Assembly: GCA_023252195.1 (NCBI GenBank)
Contig: JAHEXI010000008.1
Span: 96,980-160,979, forward strand
From: Pseudonocardiales bacterium
Lineage (GTDB): Bacteria; Actinomycetota; Actinomycetes; Mycobacteriales; Pseudonocardiaceae
Direction of reading: 5' to 3'
DNA length: 64,000 nucleotides
This document shows, in pieces, positions 27,977-37,867 of the stretch. Made by a program: the position numbers and the translations under genes. Positions within the stretch are counted from its first letter, which is position 1; each line of letters starts with the position of its first letter. The notes beneath the pieces are model-generated. The model was not told the DNA's origin. It did not search any database and saw nothing but the letters and a program-made list of their open reading frames with translations.

Positions 27977-29980
27977 ATGCCCACCAGCACCGTCTGGAGC
28001 CCGGAAGAGTCGTTCGCCAGCGCGCCCGTCGAGCCGTTCTCGACGCTGCTGCAGCGCGTGTTACTGCCCCGCCGGGGAGACCCGATGGCCGTCCGGGCGC
28101 TGTACGTCGACGAGCAGTCGGCCACGGCCCGGCGGGTGTGGCCACCGGCCGGTGCTACCGGTGCCCCTGATCGGCGTGACGTCGACATCGAAATCACCCT
28201 GGCCAACCCCAACGCTCGGCGGGCGCGCGCGCTGTCGCGCACCAGCGTGGCAGTGCCCGAGCAGACCGAGGTGTCCTTCGCGGCGTACTTCAACGCCTTC
28301 CCGGCCAGCTACTGGCGGCGCTGGACCGCGCTGCGCACCGTGCGGCTGCGCCTGGACGTCGAGGGCGCCGGCCGGGTTGATGTCTACCGATCCAAGGCCG
28401 ACGCCACGGTCATCCACACGCACGGCGAACTGGTCGAGGGGCGCCGCCAGCTCGACATCGAGCTGGACTTGACCCCGTTCGAGGACGGCGGCTGGTACTG
28501 GTTCGACCTCAGCACCGAGGACTCCGAGCTAATCGTGCACTCCGGCGGCTGGCACGCGCCGATCGAGGCGCCCGGGCGCGCCGCGGTGACCATCGGCATG
28601 CCCACCTTCAACCGCCCCACCGACTGCGTGGCCACCCTGCGCGCGATCGGCGAGGACGAGCTAGTCCGCTCCATCGTCACCGCGGTGGTGATCCCCGACC
28701 AAGGCGCCAACAAGGTCCGAGACCAGGGGGGTTTCGCGCAGGCGCAGGCCGTGCTGGGCGACCGGCTGCGGATCATCGACCAGCCCAACATCGGTGGCTC
28801 CGGCGGGTACGCGCGGGTGATGTACGAGGCGCTGGAGAACACTGACTGCGAGCAGATCCTCTACATGGACGACGACATCGTCCTGGAACCCGACTCGATC
28901 CTGCGCGCGGTGGCGTTCTCCCGGTTCGCCCGCCGGCCGATGCTGGTCGGTGGGCAGATGCTGCAGGCTCAGGCCCGTTCCCGGCTGCACGCCTGGGGCG
29001 AGATCGTCGACCGGCAGCGGATGCGGTGGAACAAGGCGCCGGGCACCGAATACGACCACGACTTCGCCCAGCACTCGCTGCGCGAGACCGCCTGGATGCA
29101 CCGGCGCACCGACGTCGACTACAACGCCTGGTGGATGTGCCTGATCCCGCGCACCATCGCCGAGGACATCGGGCTGCCGCTGCCGCTGTTCATCAAATGG
29201 GACGACGTCGAGTACGGGCTGCGGGCGCGCGACGCCGGCTATCCCACCGCGACCGTGCCCGGCGTGGCGATCTGGCACATGTCCTTCGCCGACAAGGACG
29301 ACGCCACCGACTGGCAGGCTTATTTCCACCTGCGCAACCGGCTGGTCGGCGCGGCGCTGCACGGCACCGAGGAGCGACCTACGGCGATGTTCGCCGACAG
29401 CCTCAAACACGCCCTGAAACACGCCCTGGCGATGGAGTACTCCACCCTGGCGCTGCAGGAAATGGCGATCCGGGACTTCCTGGCCGGACCGGAAGCGTTG
29501 TTCGACAAGCTACCCACGGCGCTGGGTGAGGTACGGGCCCGCTGCGCGGAGTTCACCGACGGCCAGGTGGTGGACTCCCAAGAGCTGCCACTGCCAGCCG
29601 CCGGGGCGGTTGCGGCGCAGCGGATGCTCAAACCGCCCACCAACCCGGTCACCATCGGGGCGACCCTGCTCAAGCGCTTGGCGCATCAGCTGCGCCCGGT
29701 CGATGCCCAGGCCCAGCACCGCCCGCAGCTGTCGCTGGCCCGGACCGACGCCCGGTGGTTCGTGCTCTCCGGGCTGGACGGGGTGACCGTGTCCACCGCG
29801 GACGGCCGTGGCGTCACCTACCGCAAGCGTGATCCCCAGGCGTTTCGCTCGATGCTGGCCCGATCGGTGGCGCTGCACCGGGAACTCGCCCGGGACTTTC
29901 CCCGGCTGCGCAAGCGCTACCGCGACGCCGCACCGGGGCTTACTGACCGGACCGGCTGGAAAAGGGTATTCGACGCGTGA
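27977..29980 (+). CDS. glfT2: Galactofuranosyltransferase GlfT2 (galactan polymerase)
   Basis: SFAAYFNAFPASYWRRWT, PTFNRPTDCV, PNIGGSGGYARVM and LYMDDDI. Conserved glf-glfT2-PAP2-ubiA synteny (Rv3809c-Rv3806c). Confidence 0.9.
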   Translation: MPTSTVWSPEESFASAPVEPFSTLLQRVLLPRRGDPMAVRALYVDEQSATARRVWPPAGATGAPDRRDVDIEITLANPNARRARALSRTSVAVPEQTEVSFAAYFNAFPASYWRRWTALRTVRLRLDVEGAGRVDVYRSKADATVIHTHGELVEGRRQLDIELDLTPFEDGGWYWFDLSTEDSELIVHSGGWHAPIEAPGRAAVTIGMPTFNRPTDCVATLRAIGEDELVRSIVTAVVIPDQGANKVRDQGGFAQAQAVLGDRLRIIDQPNIGGSGGYARVMYEALENTDCEQILYMDDDIVLEPDSILRAVAFSRFARRPMLVGGQMLQAQARSRLHAWGEIVDRQRMRWNKAPGTEYDHDFAQHSLRETAWMHRRTDVDYNAWWMCLIPRTIAEDIGLPLPLFIKWDDVEYGLRARDAGYPTATVPGVAIWHMSFADKDDATDWQAYFHLRNRLVGAALHGTEERPTAMFADSLKHALKHALAMEYSTLALQEMAIRDFLAGPEALFDKLPTALGEVRARCAEFTDGQVVDSQELPLPAAGAVAAQRMLKPPTNPVTIGATLLKRLAHQLRPVDAQAQHRPQLSLARTDARWFVLSGLDGVTVSTADGRGVTYRKRDPQAFRSMLARSVALHRELARDFPRLRKRYRDAAPGLTDRTGWKRVFDA

Positions 29981-30531
29981 TGCTGCAACTGATGCTCCAA
30001 CGGCGAGCCACCACCGACGACCAAGAGACCGCAGTGCTCGCTGCTGTGCAGCGCAGAATTGCGGTGCCGCAGGTGGTGGCCCTCGCCCGCGGGATGTCAC
30101 ATTTCGGCGAGCACGCCCTGGGCTGGTTGGCGCTGGGTGCGCTGGGTGCGCTAATCGATCGACGGCGCCGCCGGGACTGGCTGGTTTCGGTGGCCACGGT
30201 GGCGGCCGCGCACGGCACGTCGATCGCGGTGAAGCGGGTGGTGCGCCGGCCGCGCCCGGTTGATCCGTCCGTCGCGGTGCTGGCTGACACCCCGAGCCAG
30301 CTGTCCTTCCCCTCCTCGCATGCCGCGTCGACCACCGCGGCGGCGATTCTTTACGGCGGCTTGCTGCGTCGCCGGCTGACCCCGCTGTTGGTGCCCCCGA
30401 TGCTGATCAGCAGACTGGTGCTCGGCGTGCACTACCCGAGCGACGTCCTGGTGGGCTCCGCGCTCGGCGCGGCCATCGGTACCGCGATGCGACGACGGTT
30501 GCGCGGCAACACTCTGAGAGGACGGCGATGA
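29977..30531 (+). CDS. PAP2-family phosphatase (decaprenylphosphoryl-5-phosphoribose phosphatase, Rv3807c-like)
   Basis: KRVVRRPRP...SFPSSHA...SRLVLGVHYPSDV are the PAP2 motifs C1-C3. Overlaps glfT2 and ubiA by 4 nt each. Confidence 0.8.
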   Translation: MMLQLMLQRRATTDDQETAVLAAVQRRIAVPQVVALARGMSHFGEHALGWLALGALGALIDRRRRRDWLVSVATVAAAHGTSIAVKRVVRRPRPVDPSVAVLADTPSQLSFPSSHAASTTAAAILYGGLLRRRLTPLLVPPMLISRLVLGVHYPSDVLVGSALGAAIGTAMRRRLRGNTLRGRR

Positions 30532-31436
30532 CCACCACCGCGCCGGGTCAGATCCGGGCGACGCGAGGCGACAACGCGCTGTTCGGGCTGGTTCGCACCA
30601 TGCGGCCCCGGCAATGGGTGAAGAACGTCCTGGTGCTGGCGGCGCCGTTCGCTGGCGGCACCATCTTCCACCTGCCCGTTGTCATCGCCGTCGGGATCGC
30701 GTTTATCGCGTTCTCGCTCGCCGCGTCCGGCGTGTACCTGGTCAACGATGTCCAGGACGTCGAGGCCGACCGCGCGCACCCAACCAAGCGCAACCGGCCG
30801 ATCGCCGCCGGAGTGGTGCCACCGCGGCTGGCCCTGGCCGTCGCAGCCGCGCTGTTCGTGGCGGCGATCGGGGTGTCTTTCCTGGCGTCGACCGACCTGG
30901 TCCTGGTCACCGTGGTCTACATCGCGGTGCAGCTGTCCTACTGTTTGTGGCTCAAACACCAGCCGGTGGTGGACATCTCCATCGTCGCGTCCGGCTTTCT
31001 GCTGCGGGCGATCGCGGGCGGCGCTGCCGCGGGGATCGCACTGTCCCAGTGGTTCCTGCTGACCACTGCATTCGGATCACTGTTCATGGTGGCCGGTAAG
31101 CGCTATGCCGAGATCCGGCTCGCTGAGCGGACCGGCGCGAAGATCCGCAAGTCGCTGGAGCGCTACACCGCTTCCTACCTGCGCTTCGTGTGGACTCTCT
31201 CCGCCACCGGCGTGATCATGACCTACGGTTCGTGGGCGTTTCAGCTCAGCCAGACCAACCACTCGCGCTGGCCGGTAATCTCCCTGGTTCCCTTCGTCAT
31301 AGCCATCCTGCGCTATGCCGTAGATGTCGACGGCGGCAACGGCGGCGAACCCGAAGAGATCGCCCTAGGTGACCGCACCCTGCAGGTACTAGGCGCCGCG
31401 CTAGTCTTCACCCTCATCGCCGCCGTCTACTTCTAA
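30528..31436 (+). CDS. ubiA: Decaprenyl-phosphate phosphoribosyltransferase (UbiA family, Rv3806c-like)
   Basis: RPRQWVKNVLV, YLVNDVQDVEADRAHPTKRNRPIA (NDxxD prenyltransferase motif). 302 aa, multi-TM. Confidence 0.9.
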   Translation: MTTTAPGQIRATRGDNALFGLVRTMRPRQWVKNVLVLAAPFAGGTIFHLPVVIAVGIAFIAFSLAASGVYLVNDVQDVEADRAHPTKRNRPIAAGVVPPRLALAVAAALFVAAIGVSFLASTDLVLVTVVYIAVQLSYCLWLKHQPVVDISIVASGFLLRAIAGGAAAGIALSQWFLLTTAFGSLFMVAGKRYAEIRLAERTGAKIRKSLERYTASYLRFVWTLSATGVIMTYGSWAFQLSQTNHSRWPVISLVPFVIAILRYAVDVDGGNGGEPEEIALGDRTLQVLGAALVFTLIAAVYF

Positions 31437-31450
31437 CGGGGCTGGTGCGT

Positions 31451-31525
31451 GTCGTGAACTCGACAGCACCGACCTTTTTCGTGCGCTCGCAGGTCGGTTT
31501 TGTCCGTGAACTCGACAGCACCGAC
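31451..31525. repeat. Family-B element locus B1: two direct copies of the left arm (one truncated element plus one solo arm)
   Basis: GTCGTGAACTCGACAGCACCGAC (31451-31473) ... GTCGGT(truncated) ... CGTGAACTCGACAGCACCGAC (31505-31525). Confidence 0.7.
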
Positions 31526-31618
31526 GTTCTTGCTGCTGCCTGTGGATGGTGCGGTGGGTGTGGATAGGTTGGCCTGCTAGAGGGCGCGTTGGCGGGGGCG
31601 TGGTGCAGGGTCTGAGGT

Positions 31619-32509
31619 GTGATCGACGAACTGACCCTCGGCGCTACGCCCTTCCGGGGATCCGGTGCTGTGCAGCGCGGGCTGCTCACCGAGCGGACGC
31701 TCCGCGGCCCCCGGTACCGGCGACTGTTCCCCGACATCTACCTGCTCGCCGATGTACCGACTGATCTCGCCACCCGATCGCAGGCGGCGCTGCTGCTCGT
31801 TCCGGGGCAGCGCGTACTGTCCGGTTACTCGGCAGCCGAACTGCTCGGGGCGGGTTGCGCGCCAGCGGAGGCTAACGCCGAGCTGACGGTGCCTGGCGGT
31901 GACTTCCGGGAACAACCGGGGCTCACTATCCACCGTGATCTGCTCGCGAACGACGAGATCGGCGACTGCGGCGGCGTCCCCGTCACTACAGCGCTGCGGA
32001 CGGCGTGGGACTTGGCCCGGTGGTTGCCCACAGTGGAGGCGGTGGTGGCGATGGACGCGCTGACCAGCGTTGGGCGGTTCACCTCGGCGACCGTGCTGCG
32101 CATCCAGGGTCGGTACCCGCGGGCGCGTTGGTGCCGTCGTGTCCCCGGGGTGATCGACCTGTCCGACCCCCGAGCCGAATCGCCCATGGAGACCCGCTCG
32201 CGGCTTGTGCTCGTGCTGCGCGGCCTGCCGCGTCCTGAACTGCAGTACACCGTGTACACGGCACTCGGGGAGTTCGTCGCCCGCCTGGACATGGCGTACC
32301 CGCTGCTGAAGCTGGCGATGGAGTACGACGGCCGGGGTCACCTCACCGCCTGGCAGCAGCAGTCTGATGCCCGCCGCCTCAACCGGCTGGACGCCTGCGG
32401 CTGGTCAGTACTCCGCTTCACCTCACCAGACGTCCTCCGCACCCCAGACGCCACAGCCGCCCAAGTCCGCGAGGCCATCGCGCGCCGCTCCCGGCGCTCC
32501 GTGTCGTGA
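31619..32509 (+). CDS. DUF559 (Vsr-like endonuclease fold) protein with AbiEi-like N-terminal domain
   Basis: C-terminal ESPMETRSRLVLVLRGLPRPELQY...LDMAYPLLKLAMEYDG..H...D..R.N.L...GW.VLRF is the DUF559 pattern. 296 aa. Confidence 0.8.
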   Translation: MIDELTLGATPFRGSGAVQRGLLTERTLRGPRYRRLFPDIYLLADVPTDLATRSQAALLLVPGQRVLSGYSAAELLGAGCAPAEANAELTVPGGDFREQPGLTIHRDLLANDEIGDCGGVPVTTALRTAWDLARWLPTVEAVVAMDALTSVGRFTSATVLRIQGRYPRARWCRRVPGVIDLSDPRAESPMETRSRLVLVLRGLPRPELQYTVYTALGEFVARLDMAYPLLKLAMEYDGRGHLTAWQQQSDARRLNRLDACGWSVLRFTSPDVLRTPDATAAQVREAIARRSRRSVS

Positions 32510-32567
32510 ACTCGACATTACCGACGGTTTTCGTGCGTTTATGCGTCGGTGGTGTCGAGTTCACGAC
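32503..32567. repeat. Family-B 65-bp palindromic element, copy B2
   Basis: GTCGTGAACTCGACATTACCGAC-19 nt-GTCGGTGGTGTCGAGTTCACGAC fills the gap between the convergent DUF559 and dprE2 genes. The TGA of DUF559 lies inside the left arm. Confidence 0.85.
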
Positions 32568-32572
32568 ACCGA

Positions 32573-33328
32573 TCAGATGGGGAGGCGGCGGAAGATGGGG
32601 CGGGGGACGTGGCGCAGGACGGACATGACGTGGCGCATGGGGGCGGGCGCCCAGGCTTGCTCGCGGCCGTTCGCGACGGCGTCGACGATGACCTCGGCGA
32701 CCTGCTCGGGAGTGACCGACAGTGGAGCGGCTTTCATGCCGGCGGTCATCTTGGTGTGCACGAAGCCCGGTCGGATCACCGAGACCTTGATACCCGCCGG
32801 GCGCAGCGCCTCGGTGAGACCGGTGTAGAAGGCGTCCAAGCCGGCTTTGCTGGCGCCGTAGGCGAAGTTCGACCGGCGGGGCCGTTCGGCGGCGGCCGAC
32901 GACAGTGCGACCAGCGTGCCGTGGCCTTGCCGTTGCAGCGCCTCGGCGAGCAGCACCCCGACCGACACGGCGCCTACGTAGTTGACCTGCGCGAGCTCGA
33001 CGGCGGTGGCGTGGTCGGTCCAGGCCTTCTCCTGGTCGCCGAGCAGCCCGAAGGCGACCAGGGTGAGGTCGATGTCGCCGTCGGCGAAGGCCTTCTCGAT
33101 CGTCGCGGCGTGCGATGCGGTGTCGGCCGCGTCGAAGGGCAGCGTCGTCACCGTGGCGCCGGCGCGGTCCAGCGGCTGCGCGGCGGCGTCCAGCCGCGGC
33201 GACGGGCGGGCGGCCAGGATCACCCGCAGCGGCCGCCGGGTGGCGTAGCGCTCCGCGGTGGCCAGCGCGATTTCGGAGGTGCCGCCGAGCAGCAGCAGGG
33301 ACTGGGGGTTGCCGACAGCATCGATCAC
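32573..33328 (-). CDS. dprE2: Decaprenylphosphoryl-2-keto-beta-D-erythro-pentose reductase
   Basis: SDR with [12 protein letters not shown], a YGASKAG catalytic motif, and an ATGA overlap with dprE1. 251 aa. Confidence 0.9.
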   Translation of the reverse strand: MIDAVGNPQSLLLLGGTSEIALATAERYATRRPLRVILAARPSPRLDAAAQPLDRAGATVTTLPFDAADTASHAATIEKAFADGDIDLTLVAFGLLGDQEKAWTDHATAVELAQVNYVGAVSVGVLLAEALQRQGHGTLVALSSAAAERPRRSNFAYGASKAGLDAFYTGLTEALRPAGIKVSVIRPGFVHTKMTAGMKAAPLSVTPEQVAEVIVDAVANGREQAWAPAPMRHVMSVLRHVPRPIFRRLPI

Positions 33329-34677
33329 AGTTCGAGTCTCCTGGAGAGGTCAGAGGCGAAGATCCCGTCGGGGTCGGCGGCGGCGCGGACCTTGCGCCAC
33401 TCGTCGATCCGCGGGTACATGCGGTGCAGTGTGGCCGCGGACGTCCGTGACTCCTTGGCCAGGTAGAGCCGACCACCGGCGTCGAGCACCTGCTCGTCGA
33501 GACGGTCGCAGAACTCGGCGAGACCCTGGCGGATCGGGAAGTCCACCGTGATCGTCCAGCCGGGCTGGGGGAACGACAGCGGCGCCTGGCTGGCTTCGCC
33601 GAATCGTTTGAGCACGTTGAGAAACGACACGTGGCCTGATCGTGCGACCTGTTCCACGATGCCGCGGAAGGAGTCTTGCGCGCTCAGCGGTACCACGAAC
33701 TGGTACTGCAGGAACCCCCGTGAGCCGTACGCCCGGTTCCATTCGCCGATCATGTCCAGCGGGTGGTAGAAGGTGGTCAGGTTCTGTACCTCGCCGCGGC
33801 GGCGCTTCGGTGCCTTGCGGTACCAGGCCTGGGTCAGCGCGCCGAAGATCGCCCGGTTGGCCAGGCCGTTGGGGAACGCGTTGGGTGCGGTGAGCAGTTG
33901 CGGCGCGTCGAAGGCCAGCGGGGCGCGGCGCAGCTTCGGGGGCAGCTCGTCCCGCTGGGCGATGGAGCCGCGGGTGAGCACCGCGCGGCCCAGCTTCGCG
34001 CCGGTGGAGATCGCGTCGAACCAGGCGGCGGAGTAGTCGTAGCGGTCGTCGGAGCCGTCGGTGAGCAGCGCCATCAGCTCGTCGAGGTTGGCGGTGCGGT
34101 CGGTGTCGACGACGAAGTACGCCGACTCGACGTGGGTGAGCGCGATCGTGGCGCGCACGATGATCCCGGTCAGCCCCATGCCGCCGACGGTGGCCCAGAA
34201 CAGCTCGTCGTCGGGGGTCAGGGTAGCGACCGAGCCGTCGGCGGTGACCAGATCCAGGGACCGGACGTGATTGCCGAAGCTGCCCGCGCTGTGGTGGTTC
34301 TTGCCGTGGATGTCGGCCGCAATCGCGCCACCGACGGTGACCTGCCGGGTTCCCGGCAGTACCGGAACCCACAGACCGAACGGCAGCGCCGCGCGCATCA
34401 GCGCGTCGAGGCTGACTCCGGCGTCCACCACGGCCAGACCGCTGTCGGCATCGAGACAATGGATCCGGTTGTAGCCGGTCATGTCGATGACCAGCCCACC
34501 CGCGTTCTGTGCCGGGTCGCCGTAGGAGCGCCCCAGCCCCCGCGCGATCACACCCCGGCTGCCCGGATCCCGGACCGCCTGCTGAATCGACTCCAGAGTC
34601 GGCTGCACGAGCACCCGAGCACTGCTAGACGCAGTCCTCCCCCACCCACTCAACGCACGCACCACGATCTCAGACAT
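33325..34677 (-). CDS. dprE1: Decaprenylphosphoryl-beta-D-ribose 2'-oxidase (FAD-dependent)
   Basis: LSGWGRT...[10 protein letters not shown]...[30 protein letters not shown]... matches the DprE1 pattern. ATG 34677 gives 450 aa; the ORF is open to 34755. Confidence 0.9.
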   Translation of the reverse strand: MSEIVVRALSGWGRTASSSARVLVQPTLESIQQAVRDPGSRGVIARGLGRSYGDPAQNAGGLVIDMTGYNRIHCLDADSGLAVVDAGVSLDALMRAALPFGLWVPVLPGTRQVTVGGAIAADIHGKNHHSAGSFGNHVRSLDLVTADGSVATLTPDDELFWATVGGMGLTGIIVRATIALTHVESAYFVVDTDRTANLDELMALLTDGSDDRYDYSAAWFDAISTGAKLGRAVLTRGSIAQRDELPPKLRRAPLAFDAPQLLTAPNAFPNGLANRAIFGALTQAWYRKAPKRRRGEVQNLTTFYHPLDMIGEWNRAYGSRGFLQYQFVVPLSAQDSFRGIVEQVARSGHVSFLNVLKRFGEASQAPLSFPQPGWTITVDFPIRQGLAEFCDRLDEQVLDAGGRLYLAKESRTSAATLHRMYPRIDEWRKVRAAADPDGIFASDLSRRLEL

Positions 34678-34720
34678 CGCCCGCAGGCTACCTCCACCCC
34701 GACATGGGGGCATATCGGGG

Positions 34721-37700
34721 CTATCGGGCCTGGTATAGCCCCGACATGTCCCCATATCGGGAGGACGGGACGTGGCTGGTGGTGTGCTGGTAGGTGTCGT
34801 GGGCGGCGGTGTCGGCGGAGAGTTGTAGGGCGCCCCAGTCGACGTCGGGGTGGCCGATCAGGCGGGTGGGGACTTCGTAGAGGCGGCCGTAGGGGCGGAT
34901 CGCGGCGAAGTCGCCACCCTGGTCCTGGGCCGTGGTGATCGCCGAGAGCCGGCCGAGGCGGCGGGGCGCCTCGATCACCACCCGGGGCGCATCGGCCAAC
35001 CCGTCGGCGACCCCGACGATGTCGCGCACGCAGGGGAACAGGAATGCCTGCGGCCAGCTCACCAGCACCGGCCCGCGGCCTGCCAGGAACTCGTTGAACC
35101 CGACGACGCTGCGCAGCCGGGGACCGGTGACGGCCAGCCAACCGTCCGGGTCGGTGCTGGCATCGGTCGCGCGGATCCGGACGCGGTCCGCGCCGACCGG
35201 GATCTGCGCCGCGTCGAGCCCGATGGACCGCCACGGGAGATAGTCCGGTGGGCCGTCCAGATGGTCCTGGTTGAGACGTACCCGGTCGTACGGGACGCGG
35301 TCCCCCATCGTGGTGACGCCGCCGTACCGAGCGCGGCCGAACTCCAGAACCAGCTTGTTGCCCCGATCGGTACGGCCCGACACCGAGACCGCCACCCCAC
35401 TGGCCGTTGGCTGCCGGAACCACGGGCTGGTCAGGGTTCCGGTGCTCCGCGGTCCGCCGACCAGACTTCCCCAGAGCTCGGTGGAGATCCCGGTGCCGGG
35501 CGCGTCCGGTGGTGGCGCCGCGGGATCGAAGCCGGCCAGGGCGGTGAACCCGGTCAGTTGCTGCGCGGGACCGGGGCCGAACACGCCAACAGGGGACAGT
35601 ACGGGGCCGTCGGGCAGCACCTGGATGTCGTCGGCCAGGCCGCAGAACGGGCCGCCGGTCAGCCGATGCAGGTTCATTAGCGCGAGGGAACCGGCTGGCC
35701 GACGCAGCGGTGCGGCCAGCAACGAGCCGAGCAGTACCGCCACCGCGGTACCGGCCGCCGCCACCGCGAGCATTGCGGGCGTAGCGACCAGCGTTGGCCG
35801 GCTGACGCGGGCGGCGGCGAGCACCGCGTAACCCACCACCAGCGCGCCGAGCCACAGCAGTGGAGAGTCCAGCGGCAGCCCGATCGGGCGCACCGGGCCG
35901 GCTGCCCATGGCACGTCGTAGACCGCCGGCTGCCACCAGGCGTTCGGGCCGGCGAAGGCCAGCCCGGCTGCCGCGGCCACCAGTACGCCCCCGGCCACGC
36001 CGATCGTCTGGGACATCCGGTCGGCCCCCGGCGCCCTGGCGCGCCGCACCAGCAAGACCACAGCCAGCACCAGGAAGGATGCGAACAAGCCGGCCAGGGC
36101 GCCGAAGTGATGCGACCATTTCGACGGCGTCAACCACAGCAGCGCCAGTGCGGTGGCTACCACAGCAGCCGACCGCGCAGCGGCGCCGCCATAGACGTCG
36201 GCTCGCTCGGCCCGGCGGGCCAGCAGCACCCCGACCACCGGCAGTAGCGCGAGCGTGAGCAGAACCGGGATTCGTTTGGTAGCGCTGCCGTCCTGGTCAT
36301 TTCCGAGCAGGAAACGGTACCGGTCCGGCTCCTGGTACCAGGGCAGCGACGGCCCGAAAAAGGTGTGCCAGCGGGTCGCGGTCACCAGCCCATACCAGGT
36401 CTGGTCAGCGAAGATCACGGTAAGGCCGACCGCGCCGACGCAACCCAGAAGCAGCACCCGCGCCGCCACCTCAGCCCGCCCGCGCGCCGACTCGCGCAGG
36501 ATCGCCACGGTGCGCGGCGCGAACACCACGATCGGGGCGGCGACGAGCAGTCCGCTGGGGCTGATCGGGATGGTCAGTCCGGCGACCAGTGCAGCCCACC
36601 CCAGCGCGGGGAGTCCACGAGCTCGCCACAGCAGCGCCAGTACAGCGGTGACGCCGAACGCCACGTACGGCTCGGGGCGCACCCCGAGGTTGTAGGGCAG
36701 CCAAGCGGCGAGCAGGCACACCGCCGCCAGCAGCCGGATCCGGACGGTGCCCGCCACCGCGGGCAGCGCCGCGCCGAGCACCCCCCGGCTCAGCACGAAC
36801 CAGGTCGCGATAGCCAGCACGGTGCTGGGCAGCCGCAGCCACAGCGGCGCCAGGCTGATCTGGGTCAGCGGGGCGAGCAGTTGCTCGGTCAGCGCGAACG
36901 GTGTCTCCGAGGCGTTCCACCACCGGTAGTAGTTGCCGATGTTGCCGGTCCGCGCGGCGTTGCGGGCGATCGTGGTGGCGAAGCCGTCGTCGTCGGTCAG
37001 CGGACCGATGATCGCCCAGCCGGCCAGTACGCTGAGCACTCCCACGTCGACCCAGGCCGTGCGCCACCAACCGATGCGTGGGCGCGCGGGATCCTTGGCA
37101 GCACGACGAGCGCGGGCCAGCAGGCCGAGCCCGATCAGCGCGGTGAGCAGTTGCGCGGCGATGAGAACGATCTTGACCCGGCTCGGGCTGGTGGCGAATG
37201 GGCTGGCGATGCGGGCGGTAACGGCCATCCCAGCGGCTTGCCCGGCGTCGAGGTCGGTACGGAAGGCGAACACCTTGGGCACCGGTTCATCGGCCAGCTT
37301 GATCGTCTTAGTGCTCCCGATGGTGATCACTGCACCGGTCGGGTCGGCGTGCACCTGGGTCCGGCAGTCGCTGAAGGTTCCGGCCACCGGCTGGGTGCTC
37401 ACCACCCGGCGACCCAACACCAGCTGGGCCACGCCGGCTTCGGTCCGCAGCACCAACCCTTCCCCGTCCGGGCCGGTCGCCAGCACGGTGACGACACCGC
37501 CCCGGTCGGTCGCGGCGCGAATCGCCGAACACGGCACCGTCGCAGTCAGCTCCGCCGGCCGGTACGGCGCGAAAAACGCCGTACTCGACACCACGGGGTG
37601 CTGAGGCGCGGGCCAGGTCACCGCGGTCTGGTCCGCGATCACTGGCAGGAACGGCAGCACCAACGCCACCAACACCCCCAGCAGTCCCACCAGCAAGGCG

Positions 37701-37795
37701 AGTGCGGTGCCGGTAGACCGATGCGCAACCCTGGACAGCGCCAAGCCTCCCGCGGCGATCGTTCCTACCTCAGCTCTACCGTTCCCGAACTCCAC
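34721..37795 (-). CDS. Emb-family GT-C arabinosyltransferase, paralog 1
   Basis: About 1024 aa. First-loop DD motif [28 protein letters not shown], 13+ TM helices and a C-terminal carbohydrate-binding domain. The annotated GTG start lies inside repeat A2, so the true start is uncertain. Confidence 0.9.
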   Translation of the reverse strand: MEFGNGRAEVGTIAAGGLALSRVAHRSTGTALALLVGLLGVLVALVLPFLPVIADQTAVTWPAPQHPVVSSTAFFAPYRPAELTATVPCSAIRAATDRGGVVTVLATGPDGEGLVLRTEAGVAQLVLGRRVVSTQPVAGTFSDCRTQVHADPTGAVITIGSTKTIKLADEPVPKVFAFRTDLDAGQAAGMAVTARIASPFATSPSRVKIVLIAAQLLTALIGLGLLARARRAAKDPARPRIGWWRTAWVDVGVLSVLAGWAIIGPLTDDDGFATTIARNAARTGNIGNYYRWWNASETPFALTEQLLAPLTQISLAPLWLRLPSTVLAIATWFVLSRGVLGAALPAVAGTVRIRLLAAVCLLAAWLPYNLGVRPEPYVAFGVTAVLALLWRARGLPALGWAALVAGLTIPISPSGLLVAAPIVVFAPRTVAILRESARGRAEVAARVLLLGCVGAVGLTVIFADQTWYGLVTATRWHTFFGPSLPWYQEPDRYRFLLGNDQDGSATKRIPVLLTLALLPVVGVLLARRAERADVYGGAAARSAAVVATALALLWLTPSKWSHHFGALAGLFASFLVLAVVLLVRRARAPGADRMSQTIGVAGGVLVAAAAGLAFAGPNAWWQPAVYDVPWAAGPVRPIGLPLDSPLLWLGALVVGYAVLAAARVSRPTLVATPAMLAVAAAGTAVAVLLGSLLAAPLRRPAGSLALMNLHRLTGGPFCGLADDIQVLPDGPVLSPVGVFGPGPAQQLTGFTALAGFDPAAPPPDAPGTGISTELWGSLVGGPRSTGTLTSPWFRQPTASGVAVSVSGRTDRGNKLVLEFGRARYGGVTTMGDRVPYDRVRLNQDHLDGPPDYLPWRSIGLDAAQIPVGADRVRIRATDASTDPDGWLAVTGPRLRSVVGFNEFLAGRGPVLVSWPQAFLFPCVRDIVGVADGLADAPRVVIEAPRRLGRLSAITTAQDQGGDFAAIRPYGRLYEVPTRLIGHPDVDWGALQLSADTAAHDTYQHTTSHVPSSRYGDMSGLYQAR

Positions 37796-37844
37796 AGCAG
37801 AGCTGCCAGATCCTCCTCAGACAACTCTGTTGTGGAGTTCGGGA
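37781..37844. repeat. Family-A 64-bp palindromic element, copy A2
   Basis: GTTCCCGAACTCCACAGCAG-26 nt-CTGTTGTGGAGTTCGGGA lies between the helD stop and the Emb paralog 1 start. Confidence 0.85.
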
Positions 37845-37867
37845 TGCTGAGAGTACCGAGAGGCGCG

